This document shows positions 23,501-36,400 of a DNA stretch of 64,000 nucleotides, piece after piece; the first letter of the stretch is position 1, and each line of letters begins with the position of its first letter. This DNA is from Puccinia triticina (lineage: Eukaryota), in assembly GCA_026914245.1 (NCBI GenBank), contig CP110439.1, positions 3,720,001 to 3,784,000 on the forward strand, given 5' to 3'. The position numbers were made by a program, and so were the translations under genes. Below the pieces are notes generated by a model. The model did no database searches. It was not told the origin of the DNA and worked only from the letters and a program-made list of their open reading frames with translations.

Positions 23501-25360
23501 GCAAGGCCTTAAAAGCGTCTAGCGCGAGAGCTCTGCTTAATGGACCCCCGATTTCCCATTTGTCCAGCAGAGCTATAAATACTTTGAACGGTCTTTGGCG
23601 CTCAACTACTGCGTTGACGTAATCTGCCATCATATCCTGACGCAAGGACTCGACGACTAAATCTAGCCCGTGTTCTTGAAAGTATTTCGATTGATTGATT
23701 GTACCATCTTCAGCAGTTGGTGGGGGGCCCATAAGCCAAGTGTAGAGACGGCGACTAAGGGAGAGATCCCTCCGAAGAACAACGCCTAAAGCAGCCCGAG
23801 TAAGAAGCAGTCTATCGCGATGTCTGGTGTCGCTGTGTGGTGCAATACAGCCAACACATAAGGAAATTTAGTTGAAATATACTGTTATCGAACATTCACT
23901 AGGAAATGCAACACTCACCAACAAAAGCCCTGGCTGTCTAGTTTTAAATTGGCCAGTAACAGATCAAGGATACCACGTTGGACTAGAATGTTTCCGTCTT
24001 CAAGTGCAGCAGAGTGCCCCCTGATCATCAGTCCAACGTCTTGGCCCACAATCGGCACAATTGTTTCCTGAGGTAGTAGGGGAGGCATGCGACGACTGAG
24101 GAAGTTGATGGCTGGGATTCGATATCCGGGCCCGGAGATCAAAATCAACCAAACGTTTTGCAGGAAGAACGAAAGCGATATTGCACTAGAGAGTTGATCC
24201 AAGAGTGAGCACACCCGATCGAAATGTTCGCCGGTTTCTTCCTCCAGACCAGGTAAAAGGGCCAAGATGAAAGCTTTCATGGATGGGCGAAGATCAGCCT
24301 TGAGCGGTAGGTAAAACTTTTCGAACAATCCAAGGACGATAGGCTGGCAAAGAATCCATTACATCGGTGAAGAAAAGAAAATCAGGGCGAAATTAATCCA
24401 AGAAATTCAGAAAGTATAGAAAAAAATGATCGATCCACAAGTCTCGTACTCAACTCGCACAGCAGTAGCAGCATACTGGAAGAATGGAAACAATCCTGCG
24501 CTCCAAACTTGAAGATCCCGTCTTAGACCATCCAGGCCAATCGTCGTGAGAATATATACATAGACGTCCAACGCCCGCTGATGGACTCCTTGAGGCAGTG
24601 CTGGGTTGAGACACTGGCTTAGCCTTTTTGCGACGATTAGCTTGTGAGGGATGATAGAGTATTGAGGATAGGATTGGAGTGTTTTGAGGAGTTTGGCGAG
24701 AAAAGTGATGAAATCTGCCCATTCGTTGACTTGGTCGATCGAAAGTAGCGTCCGCTCCAAGAGACTCGCATATTTACGAAATTTGGAATCAGATGCAAGG
24801 GCTAGAATCAGATCGAATCAACAAAATATTCCTGAGAGATCAGTTTCCGAGATGATGAGATAATAACACATGATCCAGGGTGGGACAAAAATTAAAGGAC
24901 CAAATTACTTACCTTTTTCCTGACCATTGACTATCCAATCGTCGCGCGCTCTTCTACCCACGCTCAAAGCTCTTCCTGATTGAACCTCTCCAGTTTCGGC
25001 GAATGCGCTCGTTTTATCGACTGATGCGGAGAGTGGAGAAGCATGACTGTGAGTATTGGCTTGGCGTAAGGAAGCAAAGGACGATGCTGGATGAAGTCCC
25101 GGACTGATTCCTGATCGAGTGGGTATTTTTGTTGACGAGGATGACTCTGGCTTTCCCGGAACCATTCTGGGGATCAGAGAACTTGAGCCAATTTTCTGTC
25201 GAGCCGTACTTTTTTGTCTCCAACCGTTTTCAAGTCTTGTAGGTCGTTGCTGTCCAATACAGGTCTCCGCTCGCCCAGGGAGTCGTGACTGGGGAGTGGT
25301 AAACCCTGTGACATGTGGGTGTAAGTAGTGAAACCTTCCATGTCTGTCATCCAGCGACAT
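17588..25360 (-). CDS. DOP1: Dopey-family Golgi/endosome trafficking protein, multi-exon
   Basis: Dopey_N signature VNEWADFITFLAKLLKTLQ...IVAKRLSQCLNPALPQGVHQRALDVY...LLPGLEEETGEHF, and a C-terminal RSMSLRRITYAI...LPSIQEKVVDLL. The start could instead be the ATG at about 25165. Confidence 0.95.
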
Positions 25361-26892
25361 TGGTGCTCCAACGCATCACTACAGCTTTCATAGGATCGCT
25401 GAATTATTGCATTCCCAGAGATTCAAGCTTCAATATTTTTTTCGCAAAGGGAAACCCCAAACTGGCCGGCATGGATGAGAGGGAACAAAATTATAAGAGT
25501 TGGGTTGACTGGCACATGATCTGTGCTTTGTTTATCCAATGTGCTCACATCCCACCCAGCTGAAAACCAGCAGTTTTTGGCGGGTCAGGAATAGATTCTA
25601 GCCACCCAACTGGTCAAGCCTGGGTTCGGCAGAGAGGCCCATCAACAAGCTCTATTTCTCGTCGGAATTCGAGCACCCAGGGCCGTCTAGCTAACGACGT
25701 CCGGCACGGGTTCCCGCGCCGCACTGTTGCTGCAAAATTAGGGCAATCTTCTTGAGCCATCCAAAAGAAGTTCATGTAGTTAGCAGGGAAATCTGATCCT
25801 TCGACGGATGTCAGCTGGTTGTGCACTCAGATTCCTGTGAGAATCATGAACTTATCTTCTTTGATGATCAATCTATATTTACCTGGCAAGTTCTCAGAGA
25901 CAGATATGTTTGCGAACACTAGAGCAGCGGGGAGTCAAAAATTGAAGCAGTAAATATGAGATAGAATTTCATTTATGTGGAGGATTTCGTCTCCTCTTCA
26001 AGGATTCTTCAGTATTTGTCTATGACTTGCAACAAGATCAGATTTCCCTCGAGTTGAAGATTGAAGAACAGAGGGATGAAAAAAGAGAGCAAGGCTTCGG
26101 ATAACAATATAGATTCTTCTCTTGTCGCAGGAAATGCGGAACCAGATTTCGAGTTGCCAATTCTAATGAACACTTATGATCAACACTATTTTCTGTCCCA
26201 CAATTTATCCTAATCATTATGTCTGATTTTTCAGTCTGATATAATTAGAAAGATCTTTCACAGGTGAGCATGGACCTTCGAATTTAAAGCGTCATAGATA
26301 GGCCGAAGTGCCCGAATTATCTCGATACTCTTGCATAAAATTCTTGTTTTAAGATCACGCCCGCATGCGTGCTTCTCTCACCGTGAAGTTTTACCCAAAA
26401 TGGATTTTCCAGTCAAATGTTTGTGAATCGATGTGGGGCTCCGACGTGATATGCAGGATTTCGTGGTTGAGACTCAGCAGGACGAAGGATTCTTGATTTT
26501 CAAACAGAGAAAACGTGCGCCTTCTGGTGATGGTCTATTCGATCCAATCACGGCAATTCACAAATATCCCGATGCTCATCTCGAGAAACATCCCAGTATG
26601 CGTTGAAGATTTTATATCATCGGTGGAGGTCCTGTACTTAGATCGAAATTATTATTGGCGGATTTCTCCGTTGTGATCTCTTAGGCCAATGAGAAGCTTT
26701 GGATTTCTTCGACTTGTCTCACACTGTTGCCATTGCCCGTCCCCCCAAATAGAGATATAATCCGACCAACATATATCGTCTCCTTCCTGCTCTTCCCTCC
26801 CTCCCCTCCTTCCAAAAACAACAACAAGAAGCCAATTAGAACGCTCATAGAGTTATTTTAGAGCAAAGAAAGCTTCTGAATAATATCTTCTG

Positions 26893-28888
26893 ATGGCGGG
26901 AAAGTTTGGCCCAACTTATACAGTCTCCCTCAACCCGAATAGTCTTAACCTGAATTCCGCGAACCCGAGCACTCAGTATGATCCCAATGAGCTCGGCGGA
27001 GGAGAGAGTCTAAATCCCACAGCGACGGGGTTTGCGAGCGAACAGAAGACGATCAGTGTAAGAATTTCACTACAACCCTCACCAGGGGGCAATGGAGGCC
27101 AGCATTTTCTGAGATCGTACTGAGCGGGATATGGCTGGATGTTGTATGTGTTTTCAGTATGAGCCAATAGTCCCTTCTCAACTCCTTCGCGCGGACTTGA
27201 GAGTGAGTGAGAACTCTCGAAAGGTGATTGATTGGGCTCGTCGGGCTTGTTCAGATGTGATTGCGGGAAAAGATGGCCGGCTGATTGTGATCATAGGACC
27301 CTGTTCCATCCACGGTTAGCATCTCCATCTCTCAATACTTTTCTATGTTTATCTTTTTTTTTTTTTTTTTTTTCACCATCGGTGTTTTATGATTTTGCTT
27401 TTTGGATGCATTGAGATCCGGCTCAAGCGCTCGAATATGCTCGACTCTTGGCCCCTCTGATACCTACCTTACCTGATTTGATAATCATCATGCGAGCGGT
27501 TAGTGTCTGTCACTCCTCCGCACCGCTCTCCTCTTTTTGAAAAGGAAATTGAACTTGATTGTATACATTTCAACCCGTGAACATTAATGGTATTTTCTCT
27601 CAAGTATTTTGAGAAGCCTAGGACTTCAGGTGAGTCTGCTGGATATTGCTCCACTTGAGACCAAAATAAAAATAAATAAGATAACTTAGGAGCTGAAAAG
27701 AATAAAATCCACAAAAGAATAACATCCTCCTTGTTCTTATGTTGTATCAGTCGGCTGGAAAGGTCTCATCAACGATCCGGATATAGACGGCTCATTCAAA
27801 ATCAACAAAGGCATAAAGATTGCTAGGAAATTGCTTTGTGATTTGACTCATCTCGGCTTACCTGTGGCTGTTGAAATATTGGATCCGATCAGGTTTGGGG
27901 CGACTTCTTTTTTTGATTGGTGTGGGGCAGATAGAAATTTGACTAGGTTTATCTGTTGTGGACCGCGTTGAAGTCCTCAATATTTATCGGAGTTAGTTTC
28001 CTGGGGAGCCATCGGGGCTCGCACGACAGAATCACAGATCCACCGGGAGGCAGCCTCAGGAGCGCCGCATCCGGTGGGATTCAAGAACGGGACGAATGGG
28101 GATGTTGAGGTAGCCATCGAGGCCATGAAAGCCTCCTCCTTCCCTCATTCGTTCATCGGCACAAACGACCATGGCCTCGTCAGCATCGTCAAAACTAGCG
28201 GCAACTCCGCCTTGTCATTGATCTTGAGGGGCGGCAAGAAGGGCGCCAATTTCCATCGGGAGGCCGTCTCTGAAGCTCGAGATGCTCTCCAGAAACACCG
28301 TCTCAGCTTTGCTCCTTCGCTCATCATCGATTGCAGCCATGGCAATTGTGCGTCGACTGTGGTGACGAGTTTGTGATAGGAAATGGCTGGCTTGACTCGT
28401 TTCCCCTCTTTCGCTGCCACTAGCTCAAAAGGATTATCGCAACCAGGCCAAAGTGGTCAAAGATATATGTCAACAGATCCGAGCTGGAGAGAAAAGCATC
28501 CACGGAGTGATGATTGAGTCGAACATCGGAGCAGGTAGACAAGACGTACCAGCAGAGGGTCGCGAGGGGCTGAAGCATGGCATCTCGATCACGTGAGTTC
28601 TCCTTAGTCCAGTTCCCAGCCATCTGCCAGCAAGAGTTATTGTAACTCGCCAACCGATGTGGGCTTTCCTCTCTGGAATTTTATGCGCAAAGGGACGGCT
28701 GCATTGATTTCGAATCGACGGTACAAGTCTTGAAAGATCTGCAAAATGCGGCGGCTGATCGTCGTTCGATGGGTCGACGCCAGTCGCTGTTCGATGAGGT
28801 TTATTTGCGAAGAACCAGTCTCTCTCATGATCTCCAACAATTCGCTATCAATACTGCCGCGATCCAACAAAACCCGTCCAATCAATAG
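26893..28888 (+). CDS. ARO3/ARO4: Class I DAHP synthase (phospho-2-dehydro-3-deoxyheptonate aldolase), multi-exon
   Basis: [77 protein letters not shown]. Stop TAG ends at 28888. The feedback-specificity paralog cannot be resolved. Confidence 0.97.
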
Positions 28889-29066
28889 ATCAGCAACTCG
28901 TCAAGTCTGCTTGTGTTCCTCATCTTGATCACTTCGATCTACTGTAATTTCACCGTATGGGGGACTGCTCTTTATTTATGGCGAGAAATAATACTAAGGC
29001 AAGCAAGGAGCTTGATAGTTTGTAGAAGAAATTAGATACTTGAATAGATTTTCGTAGCTTGAAATC

Positions 29067-29234
29067 AATTATGGTATTCAAAATTGCATATGCCACTGTT
29101 TACATAAAATCATAAAGCCCATTTTGGCTGGGAGATGTCAGCGTGCATAAAACTTAAAGTGACATCTCCCAGCCAAAATTGCAGTTTATGATTTTATGTA
29201 AAAAAATCTTATGCAATTTTGAATACCATAAATT
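29067..29234. repeat. About 165-bp foldback inverted repeat (MITE-like)
   Basis: ATGGTATTCAAAATTGCATA...TACATAAAATCATAAA...TTTTGGCTGGGAGATGTCA is mirrored by TGACATCTCCCAGCCAAAA...TTTATGATTTTATGTA...TATGCAATTTTGAATACCAT. Confidence 0.85.
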
Positions 29235-29464
29235 GCATAAATGTCAAGGATATAAGAATTAAATGCCAATGAGCTACCAGCTGTGGGCGGTCTGCCTATT
29301 ACATGAAGCCATCACATACTTCTTCCTCTGGACCAGACTCTGGTAATGCACCTGGATGGAAGATACACTTTTAGTTGCAGAGCTTATTGAGAGGAACAAG
29401 AAGACTGACAGTGGAAAGAAGGAAACTCAAACGGATGACAGGCTAATATCTACCTCCCTGCCGG

Positions 29465-30472
29465 TGTTGGGCGCCCGGTGCCCCCCCGTGGGCCCACTCT
29501 GGAGGGCGAACATTGAAGCACGTCCAAGAAGGGTGATTCTAGACCGTGTTTTTAGAGTGCGCAGGTGTTTTGCTTCGAGCGATGGAGGTGGGTCGTGTTT
29601 GGGATCAAAACGCGATGATTATCGTACAAGAGGCCTTGAACAAGGGTGGGTGGCGTGTCTGCTCTCTGGGCTTGGTCTCAGCTGGTTGCCCCCTGGACGA
29701 TTGTGTAAAAATCACGGTCATTTCACACTTGTGACATCTCTTCTTCCTCGTCTCTCCTTCTTCCTTTTTCTTCCCTCTTTCTTTAACTCTCCTTATCATC
29801 CCTTCAACTCCGCCAAACTCGACATCAACTCAACTCAACAACAATCAGTCACATCACTCAATCCTCCTAATCCACTTCAACTCCCTCTTCCTGTTCTTTT
29901 CTTACAACTCGCCTCTTCGATCTTTGTCTGGTGAGACCTTACCCCAATCCGCTCAAATCCCGTTCCAGCTCATCAACTAACATCTCGACCTCAGCTTCTG
30001 CTCTTCTCAATCTTCCCTCTTAGTCCTGACATTCTCAACAGCCTCATCTTTTATATGCCTTTGCTTGTTTCCATGTTGGTTCTCATTCTCCTCTTCTTCT
30101 TTCCCTCATCATCATGTGCTCTTCAATTCCTAATTGTTTTTCTTCCAGCGTGTCAGTTTCATTTAGATAATAAATTCCAATTCAATATTCTTTTACGGTT
30201 AAAAGCCTACGACCAATTGATTTATGTCAAGTGGAACCAACACTGGACAGCAACAGGTACCGTCGATCAAAATAACAGATACAACGAGGATGGCTGGTTC
30301 ATCGAACAACAATGGATTCCGACAGGTAATGCTGAAGACAGCACTCGAGACAACCCCTCAACTGTCGGAGGAGAACTACTCAATATGGAAGGACAAGATG
30401 ACGGCGCTGCTAGAGTTACGGGGAGTCCTCACTGCTCTCAATTCTCAAGCCCCTAATATCATACCTCTAGCC
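29465..30472 (+). mobile_element. Copia element A: probable 5' LTR plus gag start, truncated by an insertion at 30473
   Basis: TGTTGG start and a pyrimidine-rich LTR-like tract. ORF at 30224 encodes LKTALETTPQLSEENYSIWKDKMTALLELRG, a copia gag N-terminal motif. LTR 3' end uncertain. Confidence 0.65.
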
Positions 30473-30759
30473 TGTGAGATTTCACAGAACTAAGATTTAT
30501 TTCATTATGAGTGAGAGGTCTATCTGTCAGGCACAGAAACTGAGAGAACAATGAGAAACAACTGTAGAGACTGTAAAATGAAGATGTGTCTGGTGAGAGT
30601 CGAACTCACGACCTCAGCTATGCTGAGACACATACTAAAGTGCTGCCTTTACCAACTAGGCTACAGACGCTTGTGGCTGCCAGCTGGGTGGTTGGTTGGT
30701 AGTGCTCATGGGTCAATCCAACAGCCCTCCATACTGTGGTGATACATCATGGTAGCAGA
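30473..30759 (+). mobile_element. LTR (30473-30749) plus PBS (30750-30759) of a retroelement containing a tRNA-like gene
   Basis: TGTGAG...TACATCA|TGGTAGCAGA (iMet-type PBS), inserted inside the gag of copia A. Confidence 0.65.
30585..30670 (-). tRNA. Class II tRNA-like sequence, probably derived from tRNA-Leu(TAG), degenerate
   Basis: GCGTCTG TA GCCT-AGTTGGTAA-AGGC A GCAC-TTTAGTA-TGTGT CTCAGC-ATA-GCTGAG GTC GTGAG-TTCGACT-CTCAC CAGACAC A. D-arm, T-arm and a long variable arm are present. There is one acceptor-stem mismatch and the anticodon stem appears one base short. Confidence 0.7.
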
Positions 30760-30819
30760 CTAACAGACAACTCAACAACAACAATTACCTAAGAGCGGAT
30801 AAGAGGCCGACTCTGGTAA

Positions 30820-31516
30820 TGATATGAAAGAAAGAATTGAGAGTAAAAAGGGCTGCAGAGCAGCTTGGACCACGCATTGATCATGGCTGGGGACAGATGT
30901 ATCTGTATGATGAATTGGTCACTGCGAGTGGCGTCAGTGACTGGGCTTCCTAAGGGTAAGCTTGAGAGGTTTTTCTCTTACAGGGACTTGGTTGGTGTTG
31001 CGCTCAACACTAGCCAATCCGAGCTGAGAGATTGCAGGAGCTGCTGATTTCTATGTTCACATGATAGCGGTCAACTTCTTGCAATCCTAAATGAGCACTG
31101 CAGCGCAGGACTTACCTCCTCTTGAGGGGCTGGTGATCCTGTTGCTGAGGCTTGAACCGGAACGGTCTTGATTGGCATCGGAAGCTGGCGTGCTGTATCA
31201 CAGAGTAAACTCTCGTCAGCATCGCTGTCCTAGCTTTGACGATCCCAGCTTATCTACTAACCTTAAAGAGGTTTGGGTTTGCTTGGGTCGCTTGGGCGCT
31301 TCGTCTTTTGCTGACGTGGCTAGAGGGGAGCAGAGGATTTAGCGTTAGCCTGATCCTACTGCCTGAGAGGAGCGTCATGCATATGCATGCACCTGAGGGT
31401 CGCGCGGACTCACCGATCCCCCTTGCGGGGTTAGGTTTCAGTTCCTTGCGCTTCCTTTGCTCAGGGCCTGGGCCCGAGTCTTGGACTTGCTCAGGGCCTT
31501 GGCCCGAGTCTTGACA
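30820..31516 (-). mobile_element. 3' LTR of copia element B
   Basis: On the minus strand it begins TGTCAAG just after the end of RNase H and a short G-rich tract (CGGTGGGC), and likely ends ...TTTCATATCA. Left boundary tentative. Confidence 0.55.
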
Positions 31517-31956
31517 GCCCACCGTGCTTCGATCCGGTAGGTTTGAAGCAATCAGAGAAGAGGGCTTGATCCCGATGACTTCTAGAGCTCTGCGGATGAT
31601 GATGCGGCCCACTGGTTTGGTGAGAAAGTCAGCGGTGTTTGCCTCAGTTTGAATATAGTTGAGTTGAATCAGACGGCGGACTACCAGTTCCCGGACGAAG
31701 TGAAGTCTGATAGACATGTGCTTGGTGCGGAAACTATTCTGGGAAGTTTCACTCTTCGCCAGATCGATTGCCCCTCTGTTGTCAACCAGCACTTTGATGT
31801 TTTGCGGTTCTTCGCGGGTCTTCACTTCTGAGATTAGATTTGAAAACCAGGCAAGCTCTCTGCCGAGGTCCAAGAGTGCTTTATACTCAGCCTCCGTTGT
31901 CGACAAGGATACCGTTGCTTGCTTTGATAATTTCCAGGCTAGCAAGTGCGTGCCGA
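31517..31956 (-). pseudogene. Copia B RNase H domain
   Basis: LLAWKLSKQATVSLSTTEAEYKAL...DNRGAIDLA...RTKHMSIRLHFVRE...NTADFLTKP. Confidence 0.9.
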
Positions 31957-33499
31957 TGTGGTGGCCCCTCTCGTGGCCAGCTAGTCAGGGACATTGCCGC
32001 TGCCAGCAAGATCATCAAGATTCAAGCTTCACCCTTGCTCTTCAACCCTCAAGAATTCACCCTCTTCCCATCTCTCCTCATCTTTCACCCCTCTCTTCCA
32101 TGCTCCTTCCCCCCCCTTCTTTTTTCCCTCCTCCCATATCCCCTCTTTCTCAGTTCCCAGTCCTCTTAACTTTTCTTGGTCCTAACACAGCATCTGCTGT
32201 GGATTTATTTATCTGTTCTTTATTTCTTCTTCTTTTTCTTCTTTTTCTGTTTGTTCTTGATTTTGTCCTGAGTGCTCTGCTGGTTCTCCTCTTTTCTTTC
32301 CTCTTCTTTTCTTTTCTTGTTCTCTGATGCATTTCTTTCTTCCCGTCTCATCTCATTGTGTTCATCCCTTCTACTGTGTCTCTTTGTCTTTTTCTTTGTT
32401 TCTTTGTTTCTGTCTGCTGTTTTGTGTGTGCGCGCGCGTAGCGCGCGGAGGATGTGATGAAATACATGTGACAGGTCGCCTCCCGGAGTCCAAGTTTGCT
32501 GAACTTGGATGATGGGAGAGGCATGGCATTCTGATCCCCAGAATACGGTCCATCCGGAGTTTATAGATCAGATCATCAGAGTTCAAACTTTTGGGCTCCG
32601 CCCGCCGATCACGCTTCATCAAAAGTCTCAGTTCCCTTCTTTTCTTCCTTAAGATCACAATCCCCGACTCCCTCAAAACAAACAACCGCCGCCGCGGATC
32701 CAAAACCCCGGCGAACGTCTCAAAACCACCCCCAACACCACAGCTATCCCGATTCTTTTCAGCGCTCATCTCTACGGACCACCGCCACGAGGGCAGCCTA
32801 AACAGCACCTCTCCCCTCGCACGACTGCCGCCGCTTACACTAAAAACATGGATGAATTTGGGAAGGCATATATTGATCAATATGGCATATATTGATCAAA
32901 TTATATTGATCTTTTTTTTTTTAAATTTTTTTTTCCTTCCTGCAACATCATAACCCTTATATCATCCCTCTTCCTCTTGATTTCCCCCTGTCTTAGTTTT
33001 TGACCATAGTAAAAGCTTCATTTTGTTGCCAGATTGAATAGGTCATTTTTACATACTCATATGGATTATTCCTGAGAAAAAATAGTCTGTTAAGTCAGGC
33101 AGGGAGAGGGAGGGGTGAGGAGGAATGGGGAGGCATGAATTATTGTCTCTTGAAACTTGCAGAAGTGTTGAAATCTACTTTCCAAAAAAAAAAAAAAAAA
33201 TCCAATCGGTCTCAATTTATCATGCTACATCAATTTTGTTCAAATTTAATGGCTTCTATATATCACTCATCATATCCAATATCCTAAATTTCTACTAGGC
33301 CTGAGATTGATTTAACATTTGTACCAGATTTGAGTAAGGTGTCTTTTGCTTCTGTTGTTCAATCAAAGACTCATGGGAGGTGTTTCCCCAATATATTCAA
33401 TGGGTTGACTGATGTTATCTCAGAATCTGAGGTTCAACATTTTTTGAATGTAAAGAGATTGATTGAGTCTGGTTGGCTTGAAACTATCCCCTAAAATTA

Positions 33500-36400
33500 T
33501 CAGGCAGTGTTTTTTGTGCTTCTGCCAATGTGTCTCAACCAGGGCTAAGATGTATTTCATGATGTTGGTACCATGAGGTCCTTGAAGATCAGCAATATCT
33601 GAACAGTAATTTGAGAAATTTTTGGTCTATGAAAGTCCCAAAATGTTGCAGGTACAGTCTGATCAGTGTGAAATATTGCCTGATTGGTTGGTTTTGTTGT
33701 TTTTCTACAACTATATCTCAACTTGCAATGGGGATGAATTCATGATATTGGTACCATAATGATGGGAAAATTTGAAAGATTAATATAGGGAGTCTTTTTT
33801 CCAATGAAAATCTCCCAATGTAGCAGCCCCATTTCATCAGTCAGGAACTAGTGCCTCATTTTTTTTGTTTCTGCCATTATATCTCAACCAGGAATGTTGA
33901 TTATTCCTGGATATTGGTACCAGAATGTTCATCCATTTGCAAAGAGTATTTTGGTGTAGCTTTCATGGATTAAAATCCCAAAAACAAGCGGCTAAAGTCT
34001 CATTAGTTTCAAAATATTGCCTAATTGGGTGTTTTTTTGGTGTTTCTGCCACTGTATCTGAACCAGGGCTAACATTTATTTCATGATATTGATACTATCA
34101 TAATACGAGATGCTGAGAGATTAATTTGGGTCAGCTCTTGACCATGAGAATCCCAAAATGTGGCAGCTACAGTCTCATGAGTCTCAAAATATCACCAAAT
34201 TGGGCTTTTCTTTCTGTTTCCGCCACCATATCTCAACCAGGAATGGTGATTATTTCATGATATTGGTACCAGAATATTCATTCATTTCCAAAGAGTATTT
34301 TGGGTTAGCTTTTTGGTGTAGCTTTCATGGATTAAAATCCCAAAAACGAGCGGCTAAAGTCTCATTAGTTTCAAAATATTGCCTAATTGGGTGTTTTTTT
34401 GGTGTTTCTGCCACTGTATCTGAACCAGGGCTAAAATTTATTTCATGATATTGATACTATCAAAATAAGAGATGCTGAGAGATTAATTTGGGTCAGCTCT
34501 TGACCATGAGAATCCCAAAATGTGGCAGCTACAGTCTCATGAGTCTCAAAATATCACCAAATTGGGCTTTTCTTTCTGTTTCTGCCACTATATCTCAACC
34601 GGGAATGGTGATTATTTCATGATATTGGGACCAGAATATTCCTCCATCTCCATAGATTATTTTGGTATACATTTCATGTATGGGAATGCCCAAAAGAAGC
34701 TGCTATAGTCTGATTAGTCTCAAAACATTGCCTAATTGGGTATTTTCTGGTGTTTCTGCCACTTTATCTCAACCCGCAATGCAAATGATTTCATGATATT
34801 GATACCATTATGATACGACATGTTGAGATATTAATTTGGGTCAGCTCTTGACCATGAAAATCCCAAAATGAGGCAGCTACAGTCTCATGAGTCTCAAAAT
34901 ATCACCAAATTGGGCTTTTCTTTCTATTTCCGCCACCATATCTCAACTGGGAATGGTGATTATTTCAAGATATTGGTACCAGAATATTCATCCATTTCCA
35001 AAGAGTATTTAGGGTTAGCTTTCATGTATGGAAATGCCCAAAAGAAGCTGCTATAGTCTGATTAGTCTCAAAACATTGCCTAATTGGGTATTTTCTGGTG
35101 TTTCTGCCACTTTATCTCAACCCGCAATGCAAATGATTTCATGATATTGATACCATTATGATAAGACATGTTGAGAGATTAATTTGGGTCAGCTCTTGAC
35201 CATGAAAATCCCTAAATGAGGCAGCTACAGTCTCATGAGTCTCAAAATATCACCAAATTGGGCTTTTCTTTCTGTTTCTGCCACCATATCTTAACCGGTG
35301 TGGTAGCCATATGGGTACAGGGCCTCAAGATCAAAGCACACGGACCACACATCAAGATCAGCAAGACCCCACCAACAGCTTCCATACCTCCAAGGATTCC
35401 TTCCCTCCCTCTTTTATTTCTTTCTCTTCTATTATTCCCCCTTCTCTTCCTCACCTGTGTTGGTTTTCTTTATTACTTTGGTTTTTTTCTTTTTAATGTT
35501 GTCTTAGACATTTTGTCCTAGGTATCAGTGGAGTGGATTGGTTTTTGTTTTGAGTTTTGCTTGTTTTTTTTTTTTTTTTTTTTCTCTTCTTTTGTTTCTC
35601 ATCCTCTCATCCTAGTTGTACGGGCGCGGCGGGCACGAGGGCTTGTTGCGCGGCATTTCGCGGGCCTGAATCCAAGTTCAGCCAAACTTGGAGGAAGGAT
35701 CTGCATGCTATCCACCTCCGAACCATGAGGAATATCATCAGTTTTGAGTTTTGAAGTTTATTGATCCCGGATCGTGTCGATCCATTCCCCGCATCCTTCA
35801 GAGTTTTTGAGTACCCAAGCTTTCTGAGTTCTTTTCTTCTGATCACCGGCCGACATTCCGACAAGCACTCCGGCTTCCCTCTGATTTTTCCACGTTTCCT
35901 GAGCTTTTACACCCAACCAAACCGCCAAGGGGTATTCCACCCCCCCTCGTCCCTCTCAACAAATCCCCCCCCCCCCACCGCTATCGCTTCTGTTCAACCA
36001 TTCCCGATACTTTTTGCAGGACCACCGACGAGGGCAGCACTCAAGCACCTTCCCCTCACCCGACTGCCTCAGCTCAGCCCTGACAGGAGTCCATACCGGC
36101 AATGCAAATTATTTCATGATATTGATACCATTATGATAAGACATGTTGTGGGTTACTTTGGGTCAGCTCTTGCCCAGGAAAAACCCAAAATGTGGCAGCT
36201 ACAGTCTCATGGGTCTCAAAGAATCACCACATTAGGTTTTTCTTGTTGTTTCTGCCACTATATCTTAACCAGGAATGGTGATTGTTTCATGATATTGGTA
36301 CCAGAATATTCATCCATTTCCAAAGATTATTTTGGTATAGCTTTCATGTATGGAAATGCCCAAAAGGAGCTGCTGTAGTCTGATTAGTCTCAAAATATTG

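Noticed and set aside
17588..28888. DOP1, DAHP synthase and the nearby SDR as a biosynthetic gene cluster
   Set aside because: No backbone enzyme, transporter or regulator is present. The functions are unrelated and the divergent arrangement is ordinary.
29461..29470. CCGG before the TGTTGG LTR as a fourth CpG-centred target
   Set aside because: Different LTR family, and no matching second TSD in the window.
29338..30821. 13-bp direct repeat GACTCTGGTAATG at 29338 and about 30809
   Set aside because: Too short, and it does not correspond to a consistent TSD or element boundary.
31716..32953. Phe/Leu-rich ORFs resembling membrane proteins
   Set aside because: They come from pyrimidine-rich LTR sequence and the antisense strand of RNase H.
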